A stretch of DNA of 64,000 bases from Longimicrobiales bacterium (GTDB lineage Bacteria > Gemmatimonadota > Gemmatimonadetes > Longimicrobiales > Gaopeijiaceae), in assembly GCA_965116905.1 (NCBI GenBank), contig OZ220732.1, positions 64,001 through 128,000 of the forward strand, read 5' to 3'. The notes under the pieces are model-generated. The model ran no database searches and was not told where the DNA came from. It saw nothing but the letters and a program-made list of their open reading frames with translations. A program made the translations under genes and the position numbers. Position 1 is the first letter of the stretch. The number at the start of each line of letters is the position of its first letter. This document shows positions 1-8,660 of this stretch, piece by piece.

Positions 1-616
1 ACATTAGGGCGTTTCCCCAGGGGTTGACTGTCCCGCATGGGCTCTTCAGCGTCCAAGCATGGAGGCGCCGAAACACCAGTTCAACGCGCGGGTCTGCACA
101 TCCCCGATGGACACCTCCGCACCGTCTTCCACGGCATTCGCGGTGAAGCTCCCGATCCGAACCGTGCGGACGGTTCGGCCCCCGGAAGCTCTCGACATGG
201 GCAGGGATCGGCCTCCGCTGCCCTCGGCTCCGAGGCTGGATTGAAACCCATGACGGATGAGACTCGTAGGATGCCGCCCTTCGGGTCACCGAAGGGTGAA
301 GGGCGGCACGACCAAGCATCGAGGCGAGAACCGGAGGAGTCGCAAGTAGCCAGACTGATCCACCCCAAGGCGGAACCGGTGCCCATGCCCAGCGACATGG
401 GCGCTGGCGAGATCGTTCGCCGCTCCGGCTTCCGGAGTGCGTGGACGGCCCGGCACCGCCGGCCTTCGTCCGACCGCCAGCCGCGCCTCGCGAGGTGCGT
501 CTGAACGGGTTTCCCCGAGCGCTGGCGGAGGTGCCTCGCCACCGCATCGGCGGCGTCGGTCGCCGGGTCCCGGGCGCGGCGCCCACGGGGGTGTTTGGCG
601 CGTCTAAGGTCGTTCA

Positions 617-650
617 GCCAGCCTACCCATTGTCATACAATGGGGCTGGC
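617..650. promoter_or_regulatory. Candidate oriT hairpin
   Basis: GCCAGCctaCCCATTGT-cat-ACAATGGGGCTGGC inverted repeat about 100 bp upstream of mobC; nic site not identified. Confidence 0.5.
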
Positions 651-753
651 GAGGGGTGGCCTCCGCCCCCCCTTCGATCCCCCCGCTCTTCGCGCTCCCG
701 TGGAGGTCGCGGACGGGGGCTCCGCCCCCCTTCCCCCGTGCCGGTGCGGCGTG

Positions 754-1095
754 ATGCCTGAGCGCCGCACCGCCGTCGTCACCGCCCGCGTGTCGGCGAC
801 CGAGTCCGCCGACTGGCGGGCCAAGGCGAAGGCCGCCGGCGTGCCCCTGTCGGCGCTGATCCGGCGGGCGATGGCCCGCACGCGGACGTGGACCGCCCGC
901 GCGGCCGAGGTCGAGCGCGAGCGCACCCGGCAGGTCTCGCGGATCGGGAACAACCTGAACCAGATCGCGCGGTGGGCCAATCGCCACAAGGGGGCGGCCG
1001 AGGCCGTAGAGGTCCTCGCCCGCCTCGTCTCCATCGAGCGGGCGCTTACGGCGCTGGCCCGCTTCGAGAGCCCGGAGGACGACAATGCACATTAA
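754..1095 (+). CDS. mobC: MobC/MbeC relaxosome accessory protein (RHH)
   Basis: RIGNNLNQIAR motif and N-terminal RHH-like segment; overlaps relaxase start; ATG754 chosen within ORF 595..1095. Confidence 0.9.
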   Translation: MPERRTAVVTARVSATESADWRAKAKAAGVPLSALIRRAMARTRTWTARAAEVERERTRQVSRIGNNLNQIARWANRHKGAAEAVEVLARLVSIERALTALARFESPEDDNAH

Positions 1096-2656
1096 GTTCC
1101 TCGCGCACGGGACCGGGTCGGCGTGGGCTGCGGCCAAGTACCTCCTCGGGGAGCAGGATGCGGCCGGGAAGCCGCGCGAGGGCGTCGAGGTGCTGCGGGG
1201 GAATCCGGAGATGGTGGCCGCGGTCGCCGACTCGCTCGACTTCGAGCACAGGTACACGTCGGGCGTGATCGCTTGGGCGCCGGACGACCATCCCACCGAC
1301 GAGCAGATCGAGCGCGTCCTCGACGACTTCGAGAAGACGGCCTGGGCGGGGATGGAGCCCGACCGCTACGCATGGGCGGCCGTGCTCCACCGTGAAGAGG
1401 GCGGGGGTGCCCATGTCCATGTCCTTGCGGCGCGTTGCGACCTTGAGACCGGCCGCAGCCTCAACATCGCGCCTCCGGGCTGGCAGCGAACGTTCGATCC
1501 GCTCCGCGACGCTTTCAACCACGAGCACGGCTGGGGCCGTCCGGACGATCCGGCGAGGGCCAGAGTGCAGCAGCCCGGACACCGCGCCTACATCGAGGCG
1601 GCGCAGTTGCGGACCGGGCTCCGGCTCGAAGCCTCACCGCGCGACCTGATCCGCGACTACCTGATCCAGCGTGTCGAGCACGGCATGGTGCGGGACCGCC
1701 ACGATGTCCTCGCCGCGCTGCGGGAGGCCGGCCTCGAAGTGCCGCGCCAAGGCAAGGACTATCTCACCGCGATGGACCCCGAGACCGGGGGCCGGTGGCG
1801 GCTGAAAGGAGAACTGTACGCACTTGACTTCGACCGCGAACGACTTGAGCGACCGGCTGAGGAAGCGGCTGGAGAGCGAACGCAAGGAAATCGAGGAGTT
1901 GACCGCGAGCGAGCTGAAGCGGCTCGCCGAGAACTCGCGGCGCGTTGCGAGGAACGCGCTCAGTACAATCGAGCGCGATACGGAGGAGGCGACCGGGCGG
2001 ATGCGCGAGTTGCTCGTCAAGGCGTGGCAACGGCCTCTGATCGTCGGCCTGAGCCTTTGGCTCGGTTTCTTCGGCGGAAGCTGGGCGACGATGCGCTGGT
2101 TGGCGGGGAGCATCCAGACCCGGATCGAGGCCCGCACCGAACTGGGCCGGGACATCGAGGACGCCCGGCGGACGCTTGCCCAACTGGAGGTGGACACTTG
2201 GGGGCTCGTGTTCCACGAGATCGAGGGCGAGCGGTTCGTGGTGGTGCCGGACGCGGCGTTGGACGATCCGCCCTGGAGGGTGGACGGTCGCCCGGCGTTG
2301 AAGCTGTCGAACGAGTGAAGGAGGTCTATGACCGCGTTAGAGGAGCAGTTGACGAGGGCCTTGCGGAGGTTGTCCGCGCAGTACGAGACGGAACAGCGGC
2401 GGCAATCCGGGCAGCTCGAAGCCTTGCGGCGGCACGTCGAGCGGCAAGGCGGAGAGAACGAAGCCTTGAGGCGGCACGTCGAGCGGCTGAGCGGGGAGAA
2501 CGAAGTCTTGCAGCGGCGAATCGAGCGGCTCGACGGGCAAGTGACACGCTTGGCCGAGTACTATGGGACATCCGCCGCCGCGAGACCGAGCGGTCGCGGC
2601 TGGTGATAAGGCCGCCGACGCCCGGGCCGGACCGCGATGCCGGACCGAGCCGCTGA
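1085..2656 (+). CDS. mobA: Relaxase, MOBP/ColE1 MbeA-like, with 3H motif
   Basis: AKYLL (catalytic Tyr), VLRGNPE, YTSGVIAW, HREEGGGAHVH. Confidence 0.9.
   Translation: MHIKFLAHGTGSAWAAAKYLLGEQDAAGKPREGVEVLRGNPEMVAAVADSLDFEHRYTSGVIAWAPDDHPTDEQIERVLDDFEKTAWAGMEPDRYAWAAVLHREEGGGAHVHVLAARCDLETGRSLNIAPPGWQRTFDPLRDAFNHEHGWGRPDDPARARVQQPGHRAYIEAAQLRTGLRLEASPRDLIRDYLIQRVEHGMVRDRHDVLAALREAGLEVPRQGKDYLTAMDPETGGRWRLKGELYALDFDRERLERPAEEAAGERTQGNRGVDRERAEAARRELAARCEERAQYNRARYGGGDRADARVARQGVATASDRRPEPLARFLRRKLGDDALVGGEHPDPDRGPHRTGPGHRGRPADACPTGGGHLGARVPRDRGRAVRGGAGRGVGRSALEGGRSPGVEAVERVKEVYDRVRGAVDEGLAEVVRAVRDGTAAAIRAARSLAAARRAARRRERSLEAARRAAERGERSLAAANRAARRASDTLGRVLWDIRRRETERSRLVIRPPTPGPDRDAGPSR
1824..2318 (+). 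CDS. MbeB-like mobilisation protein nested in an alternate frame of the relaxase
   Basis: AAGGAG RBS before TTG; helical N-terminus plus one TM (LIVGLSLWLGFFGGSW); same position as mbeB in ColE1. Confidence 0.7.
   Translation: MTSTANDLSDRLRKRLESERKEIEELTASELKRLAENSRRVARNALSTIERDTEEATGRMRELLVKAWQRPLIVGLSLWLGFFGGSWATMRWLAGSIQTRIEARTELGRDIEDARRTLAQLEVDTWGLVFHEIEGERFVVVPDAALDDPPWRVDGRPALKLSNE
2328..2606 (+). CDS. MbeD/MobD-like coiled-coil protein nested in the relaxase
   Basis: AAGGAGG RBS; MTALEEQLTRALRRLSAQY resembles the MbeD N-terminus; heptad repeats. Confidence 0.75.
   Translation: MTALEEQLTRALRRLSAQYETEQRRQSGQLEALRRHVERQGGENEALRRHVERLSGENEVLQRRIERLDGQVTRLAEYYGTSAAARPSGRGW
2417..2537 (+). 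repeat. 42-bp tandem repeat x3 in the relaxase/MbeD overlap
   Basis: Units starting CGAAG(C/T)CTTG at 2417, 2459 and 2501. Confidence 0.85.
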
Positions 2657-2763
2657 TGGTCGCGTTCGCAAACGGGAGCCGTGAGTCTGGCGCGGGCGCA
2701 CTCGCTCCGCGAGCTTCCGGGCAGGCGGATCGTGCAGTCCATCGAATCGAGAGGAATCGAACG

Positions 2764-3933
2764 ATGGCACGCACGAAACGAAGTCGGCGCTCTTACGGCG
2801 CCGGTGAATGGGGCCGGAACCGGGTCCGGGTGTTTCCCGATCCCAAGACCGGCTTGTACCAGATCGAGTGGCGCGAGAACGGGCGCAGACTCACGAGGTC
2901 GCTCAAGCACCGCGACTGGTCGCGGGCCAAGAGGCAGGCCGACGAGGCCGCCGCTGGCCTTGCGGGGCTGGGGCTGAACGGTCGGAAGGACGCCGAGCCT
3001 GAGCCGCTCACACTGGGAAGGCTTCTTGAAATCTACGGTGAGGAGGTGACGCCCATGAAGGCGGAGACTTCTCAGAGGTCCGACCGGGCCGCGACGAAGA
3101 TGTTTCTCGGGTTCTTCGGTCGAGACCGGAGGCCGGAGACGCTGTCGCGGAGGGACTGGGACCGGTTCATCCGGGCGCGGCGCGCGGGCAAGATCGGCCC
3201 GAGCGGCAGGCCCGTGTCCGACCGGACCATCGAACACGACCTCAAGTTCCTGATCGCAGTCTTCAACTGGGCCGCGAAGTCGAGGGACGAGGCGGGGAGG
3301 CTGCTCCTCCGCTCGAACCCGCTGAAGGGCCTGAAGACGCCCACGGAGAAGAACCCCACCCGAGTGGTGTTGTCGGAGGAGGAATACCACGCGTTGCTCG
3401 GAGTCTCCCGGAAGATGGACTGGCGGTTCCATGTCGCCTTGGTCCTCGCGCACGAGACCGGACACCGAATCGGGGCCATCCGAAAGCTCCGGTGGCCGGA
3501 CATCGACCTTGAGGGCGGAGTGGTGCGGTGGCGCGCTGAGCACGAGAAGACCGGCTACGAGCACTACACGCCGGTGACCGCCGAGGCGCTAGCCGCCTTG
3601 GAAGAGGCGCGAAGGAAGAATCCCGGAAACGGGGACGATCCGGTGCTGACGGCATCCACGGACACCTCAAGGTGCGTGGGCCGTTCGCTGGTCCGCTACT
3701 GGTGGAACCGAGCCGAGAAGCTCGCGGGTTTGGAACCGCAACGGGGCAGAGGTTGGCACTCGCTGAGACGGAAGTTCGCCAGTGACTTGATGGACCAGCC
3801 CCTCAAGGTGCTCTGCGAGTTGGGAGGCTGGAAGACGGCCAAGACCGTTCTTCAGTGCTATCAGAGAGCCGACGAAGACCGACTGCGGCAGGCGCTCGCG
3901 AGCCGCCGCAACGGCGCGCTCGATCCCGTTTAG
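2764..3933 (+). CDS. Tyrosine recombinase/integrase
   Basis: TGHRIGAI (R), HEKT (K), WHSLRR (HxxR), LGGW, QCYQ (Y); N-terminal arm-binding-like region; GAGG RBS before ATG2764. Confidence 0.92.
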   Translation: MARTKRSRRSYGAGEWGRNRVRVFPDPKTGLYQIEWRENGRRLTRSLKHRDWSRAKRQADEAAAGLAGLGLNGRKDAEPEPLTLGRLLEIYGEEVTPMKAETSQRSDRAATKMFLGFFGRDRRPETLSRRDWDRFIRARRAGKIGPSGRPVSDRTIEHDLKFLIAVFNWAAKSRDEAGRLLLRSNPLKGLKTPTEKNPTRVVLSEEEYHALLGVSRKMDWRFHVALVLAHETGHRIGAIRKLRWPDIDLEGGVVRWRAEHEKTGYEHYTPVTAEALAALEEARRKNPGNGDDPVLTASTDTSRCVGRSLVRYWWNRAEKLAGLEPQRGRGWHSLRRKFASDLMDQPLKVLCELGGWKTAKTVLQCYQRADEDRLRQALASRRNGALDPV

Positions 3934-4130
3934 CGGGAACGGATCGGCGGGAATCCTGACCTCCAATCCCGTAACCTCAACCATCGCAACACGATGAGAA
4001 TCTGTGACCTCCCGCCGTTACGTCAGAGTCAAGGGGGGTTGTATCTTGTTTGATTCTTGGACTTACGGGTTTCGGTGGCTGGACTGTCCAACGAAGTAGG
4101 ACCACCGCAACGAAACCAAAGGAACGAACC

Positions 4131-5063
4131 ATGACGAACCAGACCCTCGCCCCCGGCAAGAACGACATCCAGTTCAAGAGCCTGGGTAACAATCTCGCTG
4201 CTCACCTCTACATCCCTGAGGGATTCGACGAGAACGGCAGCTACCCGGCAATCATCTACTCCGGACCCTTCAACCAGGTCAAAGAGCAGACCGGCGCCGT
4301 CTACGGTCCTCGACTGGCTGAACGCGGCTACGTCACCATCGTCTTCGACCATATCGGCTACGGCGACAGCGAAGGGGAGATTCGCAACAACGAGAACTCC
4401 TTCATGAAGATCGAGAGCATCCGTGACGCGATCAGCTTCATGGGAACGCTGCCCTTCGTCGATCGTCAGAGGCTCTTCGGGCTGGGCGTTTGCGCCTCGG
4501 GCGGCTACATCGCCCTCGCCGCCACGACGGACAAGCGCCTCAAGGCCATCGCTACCGTCTCCGGTATGCTCGGCAACCAGCAGTCCTACTTCGGTACGAT
4601 GGATCGAGAGACGATCACCGCGCTGATCACTGCACAGAACGCCGGTCGGCAAAAGACCTACGAAACCGGTGAGGTCGAGTATGTGGACGCCTTGGGGCTG
4701 GAAGCGGGCAAAGATGCCCCGGAAGGCGCCTTGCGCGACGGTTACGACTACTACATGACCGAGCGGGCCGGTGCCCAGACCTACCCAAACTACAACCACC
4801 TGGCACCGTCCTTCATGCTGGAAGCACCGATGCTCGCCGATGCGATGAGCTACGCGCCCTATCTCTACACGCCGTTCATTGGCATCCATGGTGAACACGC
4901 CGGCACCGCAACTTTGACCACCTCATTCCATGAAAAAGCGTCTGAGCCCAAGGAGCTGGTTGAGATCTCCGGCGCTACGCACGTCTCGCTCTACGATATC
5001 CCGGAAGATGTTGACCGGGCCGTCGAGGCCATGGACCGCTTCTTCGAGAAGCACTCGGCCTGA
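4131..5063 (+). CDS. Alpha/beta hydrolase (YcjY/dienelactone hydrolase-like)
   Basis: VKEQTG, GYGDSEGE, GVCASGG nucleophile elbow, GATHVSLYD. Confidence 0.85.
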   Translation: MTNQTLAPGKNDIQFKSLGNNLAAHLYIPEGFDENGSYPAIIYSGPFNQVKEQTGAVYGPRLAERGYVTIVFDHIGYGDSEGEIRNNENSFMKIESIRDAISFMGTLPFVDRQRLFGLGVCASGGYIALAATTDKRLKAIATVSGMLGNQQSYFGTMDRETITALITAQNAGRQKTYETGEVEYVDALGLEAGKDAPEGALRDGYDYYMTERAGAQTYPNYNHLAPSFMLEAPMLADAMSYAPYLYTPFIGIHGEHAGTATLTTSFHEKASEPKELVEISGATHVSLYDIPEDVDRAVEAMDRFFEKHSA

Positions 5064-5068
5064 CGAAG

Positions 5069-5095
5069 AGCCGGCCCCGGGGGCCGGGGCCGGCT
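5069..5095. terminator. GC hairpin between convergent genes
   Basis: AGCCGGCCCCGG-ggg-CCGGGGCCGGCT right after the stop; no U-tract. Confidence 0.5.
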
Positions 5096-5242
5096 ATCGA
5101 CCAGGCGAACAAGAAGATTGTCCACCGCCAAGTCGGACCGGACGAGGCAAGGCCTGCCCCCGGCGCGGGCGAAAGGTTGAGCGGCAGGGCGACGATGGCC
5201 TCCCGCCAGCGTTCTCGATGATCCCCGCCGGATGTTGCTCTG

Positions 5243-6544
5243 TCAGGGTCCACCCCGCGCATCCACCAGGGCCGGCCCGTCCTCCGGGATCGTCCCCGCC
5301 CTCACCACCTCCACCCCCGCCCGCACCTTCACGGCCTCCCGGATCCGCGCGCCCAGCCCGTCCACCGCAGCGGCGTCGAGCGAGCATCCCGGCGCGGCCT
5401 CGATCCGTACGGTGAGCACGTCCTGTCCGCCGTCTCCCTCCGTCACCACGGCCTGGTAGCGCGCCACCGACGGCTCCGGCGCCAGCGCCGCGGCCAGTTC
5501 GCGGGGATGCACGAACATTCCCTTGACCTTCACGCCCTCGCCCACCCGGCCCAGGAACCCGACCAGCCGCGGACTGCTGCGGCCGCATCGGCACGGCTCC
5601 GGGTTCCAGGCGGACAGGTCTCCGGTACCGAACCGCACGAGCGGATAGACGTCGTTCGGGCTTGTCACCACCACCTGGCCAGCCTCGCCGTCGGCAGCCG
5701 GACGGTCCTCTCCCGGCACGAGCACCTCGATCACCATGCCCCTCGGGACGTGCCACCCGTTCTTCGCCTCGCACTCGTAGCCGAGCAGCCCGGCGTCGGC
5801 CGTCCCGTACGCCTGGTAGACATCGACGCCGAACTCGTCCTGGAGCCGGGTGCGTAGCGGCGGCGGCAGGGGCGCCCCGGTGACGACAGCGCGTGCGAAG
5901 CGCAAATCGCGTCCCAGATCGCGCGCGCGCTCCAGCAGCGTCAGCAGGAACTGCGGCGTACCGGTGTAACCCGTCGCGCCCGCCGCACACGCGATCTCGA
6001 CCTGCGCCGCCGTGTTGCCCACGCCGCCGGGGATCACGGTGCACCCCGCCGCGCGGAGGCCGCCGTCGAGCATGAGGCCGCCGGGCGTCAGGTGATACGA
6101 GAAGGTGTTGAGGACCACGTCGACCGCGCCGAGTCCGGCCGCGCGCACGGCAGCGGCCATGTTCCAGAAGTCCTGCTGGTCCCCCTGGGGGTCGTTGATC
6201 GGGCCAGGCGAGCGAAAAACCCTGCGCAGCGAGGCCACGGGCACGGCGAGCATCCTGCCGAAGGGTGGATCCGCGGCCTGCAGAGCCGGGAGGTCGTCCT
6301 TGGCGAGCACGGGGATCCCGGCAAGGTCCGCGACGCCTCTCACGTCCTCCGCCGAGACCCCGGCGCCCGCCAGCCGGCGTGCGATCTCGGGACTGTGCGC
6401 CGCCCCGTGGCCAACGGCGGCCACGGCAACCTGGTCCTGCGCGTCACGCCATTCGAGCGACGGCCATGCGGCCCCCGGCAACGCGGCCCCAGGCACCGCG
6501 GCCCCCGGCCTTCCGGCCCCCGGCTGCGACCTCACGACAGCCAC
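5243..6544 (-). CDS. Phenylacetate-CoA ligase family (PaaK-like) AMP-binding protein
   Basis: NTFSYHLTPGG, YTGTPQF, QAYGTAD, RFGTGD, VKVKGMFVHP. Confidence 0.85.
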   Translation of the reverse strand: MAVVRSQPGAGRPGAAVPGAALPGAAWPSLEWRDAQDQVAVAAVGHGAAHSPEIARRLAGAGVSAEDVRGVADLAGIPVLAKDDLPALQAADPPFGRMLAVPVASLRRVFRSPGPINDPQGDQQDFWNMAAAVRAAGLGAVDVVLNTFSYHLTPGGLMLDGGLRAAGCTVIPGGVGNTAAQVEIACAAGATGYTGTPQFLLTLLERARDLGRDLRFARAVVTGAPLPPPLRTRLQDEFGVDVYQAYGTADAGLLGYECEAKNGWHVPRGMVIEVLVPGEDRPAADGEAGQVVVTSPNDVYPLVRFGTGDLSAWNPEPCRCGRSSPRLVGFLGRVGEGVKVKGMFVHPRELAAALAPEPSVARYQAVVTEGDGGQDVLTVRIEAAPGCSLDAAAVDGLGARIREAVKVRAGVEVVRAGTIPEDGPALVDARGGP

Positions 6545-7374
6545 CGTTTCCGGCGGCGATAGTGCTTCACGTCGCGGTACGAGCGCCGCCCGGCATCCCC
6601 CAGCCCGAGGTAGAACTCCTTCACGTCCTCGTTCGTGCGCAGCTCGTCGGCCGTGCCCTCCATGACCACGCGGCCGCCCTCCATCACGTATCCGTAGTCC
6701 GCGACGGACAGAGCCAGCCGCGCGTTCTGCTCGACCAGCAGGATCGTGGTCCCTTCGTCGCGATTGATCCGCCGGATGATCTCGAAGATGCTCTCGACCA
6801 GGATCGGAGCGAGGCCGAGCGAGGGCTCGTCGAGGAGCATCATGCGCGGGCGGGCCATCAGGGCGCGGCCCAGCGCCAGCATCTGCTGTTCACCGCCGGA
6901 GAGGTGGCCGGCGGTCTGGCGACGGCGTTCGGCAAGCGCCGGGAAGTAGTGAAAGACCTTCTCCACGTCGGCCTCGGCACCCCGCCGGTCGTGCCGCGTG
7001 TACGCCCCCGCGGCGAGGTTCTCGCGCACGGTCAGATGCTCGAACACCCGGCGGCCCTCCAGGACCTGGAAGATGCCCTTCTCCACGATCCGGTGCGCGT
7101 CGACCCCCTGGATCTCCTGGCCGTCGAAGACGATCGTGCCGTCGGTGACCTCGCCGTCCTCGACGTACAGGAGCCCCGAGATCGCCTTCAGGGTCGTGGT
7201 CTTCCCCGCCCCGTTCGATCCGAGCAGCGCCGCGATCCTGCCCTCGCCGACCTCGAGCGAGAGTCCCCGCAGCACCAGGATCACGTCGTCGTAAAGGACC
7301 TCGATGTTGTTGAGACGCAGCAGGGGGGCGGCACTCTCGCGGGGCCCGCCGTTGCCGGTCGTCGTCGCGGTCAC
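6532..7374 (-). CDS. Liv-type ABC ATP-binding protein (LivF-like)
   Basis: GSNGAGKTT, LSGGEQQM, LLDEPSLGLAP, LVEQN; start approximate (GTG7374). Confidence 0.9.
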   Translation of the reverse strand: MTATTTGNGGPRESAAPLLRLNNIEVLYDDVILVLRGLSLEVGEGRIAALLGSNGAGKTTTLKAISGLLYVEDGEVTDGTIVFDGQEIQGVDAHRIVEKGIFQVLEGRRVFEHLTVRENLAAGAYTRHDRRGAEADVEKVFHYFPALAERRRQTAGHLSGGEQQMLALGRALMARPRMMLLDEPSLGLAPILVESIFEIIRRINRDEGTTILLVEQNARLALSVADYGYVMEGGRVVMEGTADELRTNEDVKEFYLGLGDAGRRSYRDVKHYRRRKRWLS

Positions 7375-7378
7375 CGCG

Positions 7379-8584
7379 TCACGGCACCGTCGGCGCCCGG
7401 ATGAACTCGGTGAAGGGCACCCATTCACCGGCTTCCACCCGGAAAAGCCTGAGCCCCTTCGCTCCGAGATGGTCATCCGGCGTGAAGCTGATCGGCACCG
7501 TCACGCCGCCCATGTCCAGGTCGGTGAAGGTCTCGAGCGCACCCTTGATATTCGCCCCGGTCAGCTCCCGCCCCGACGCCAGCACCCGCCTCATTGCCTC
7601 GGCGAAGACGGCGAACGTCCACCACGCCTGGGTGTAGGCGTTGGTCTTCCCCTCGATCGTCTCCCCCTTGCCGGTCAGGTAGTCGCGGATCACGCGTGTT
7701 CCGGGCACGTCGACGTTGAGCGGCGCGTACGGGATCGTCCCCATCACCCCCTCGGCCACCTCGCCCGCCAGATCCACCAGCTGCCTGTTGGCACACCAGT
7801 TCAGGCAGATGAAGGTCAGGTCCAGACCCAGGCTGCTCGCGTTCTGCAGCGCCACCGCGGCCGGCCCGGAGGTGTTCTGGAAGACCACGTACTGGGCGCC
7901 GCTCTGGCGTATCCGCGAGAACTCGCCCGTGAAGTCGACCGCGGCGCGCGGCATTTCGTAGAGCGTCAGGTCGACGCCGACGGCCTCGGCGTATTCCACG
8001 CCGCCGTACCGCGACGGAGACAACCCGAAGGGACTCGCGTTGTGCATGAGCGCCACGACCGGCGTCCCTTCCCCGTGGTTGGCTACAATCCAGTCGAGCG
8101 CAATGCGGAACTGATCGGTGTACGTGGGTGCGACCAGGAAGTTGTACGGGGCGTCCGCCGGGTCGCCCAGCACGTGGGAAAGGGAGGCTGAACTGAACGG
8201 GACTTCGTCTTCCGTGATGCGGAGTCGCAGCGCTTCGGTGTCGCCGGTGCCCCATCCCATGAAGACCACCGCACCCTCCGCCACGAACTGGCTGTAGAGC
8301 TGTTCGGCACGGGCGACCTGGTAGGCGTAGTCCTGGTAGATCAGCTCAATCGGCCTGCCTTCGATCCCCCCCTGCATGTTGGTCCAGTCCACGAACCCGC
8401 GCATGCCGTCGGCGTAATCGGTCCCGACGTCGGCCGTCGGCCCCGTAAGGTCGAAGATCGCGCCGACCTTGATTGCGTTGTCGGCCGGTCCGCCTTCACC
8501 GCCATCGCCCCCGCAGGCCGCTGTGGCAACGACGAAGGCAGCGACGAGCGGGTGGATGGGCCGCGTCGGTTGGCGTCTGGTCAT
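7379..8584 (-). CDS. Liv-type ABC substrate-binding lipoprotein
   Basis: Lipobox TAAC; IKVGAIFDLTGPTA, GGIEGRPIEL, GWGTGDT. Confidence 0.9.
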   Translation of the reverse strand: MTRRQPTRPIHPLVAAFVVATAACGGDGGEGGPADNAIKVGAIFDLTGPTADVGTDYADGMRGFVDWTNMQGGIEGRPIELIYQDYAYQVARAEQLYSQFVAEGAVVFMGWGTGDTEALRLRITEDEVPFSSASLSHVLGDPADAPYNFLVAPTYTDQFRIALDWIVANHGEGTPVVALMHNASPFGLSPSRYGGVEYAEAVGVDLTLYEMPRAAVDFTGEFSRIRQSGAQYVVFQNTSGPAAVALQNASSLGLDLTFICLNWCANRQLVDLAGEVAEGVMGTIPYAPLNVDVPGTRVIRDYLTGKGETIEGKTNAYTQAWWTFAVFAEAMRRVLASGRELTGANIKGALETFTDLDMGGVTVPISFTPDDHLGAKGLRLFRVEAGEWVPFTEFIRAPTVP

Positions 8585-8660
8585 GGCCCTGCTCCTGGTT
8601 TCGCGGGGTTTTGTCCACGGGCTGCTGCCCCTTCGCCTCCTGGCCACGTGCACTGTCCCT

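Larger units (their letters stand above)
600..4070 (+). mobile_element. Probable integrative mobilizable element (oriT-mobC-relaxase-mbeB/mbeD-tyrosine integrase); left boundary not determined
   Basis: Co-oriented mobilisation genes directly followed by a tyrosine recombinase; no rep or T4SS genes in the window. Confidence 0.75.

Noticed and set aside
37..542. ORFs 37..504 (+) and 81..542 (-)
   Set aside because: No recognisable motifs and low-information composition; neither can be supported as a gene
3934..4130. tRNA or tmRNA integration site after the integrase
   Set aside because: No GTTCGA T-loop/CCA or cloverleaf visible
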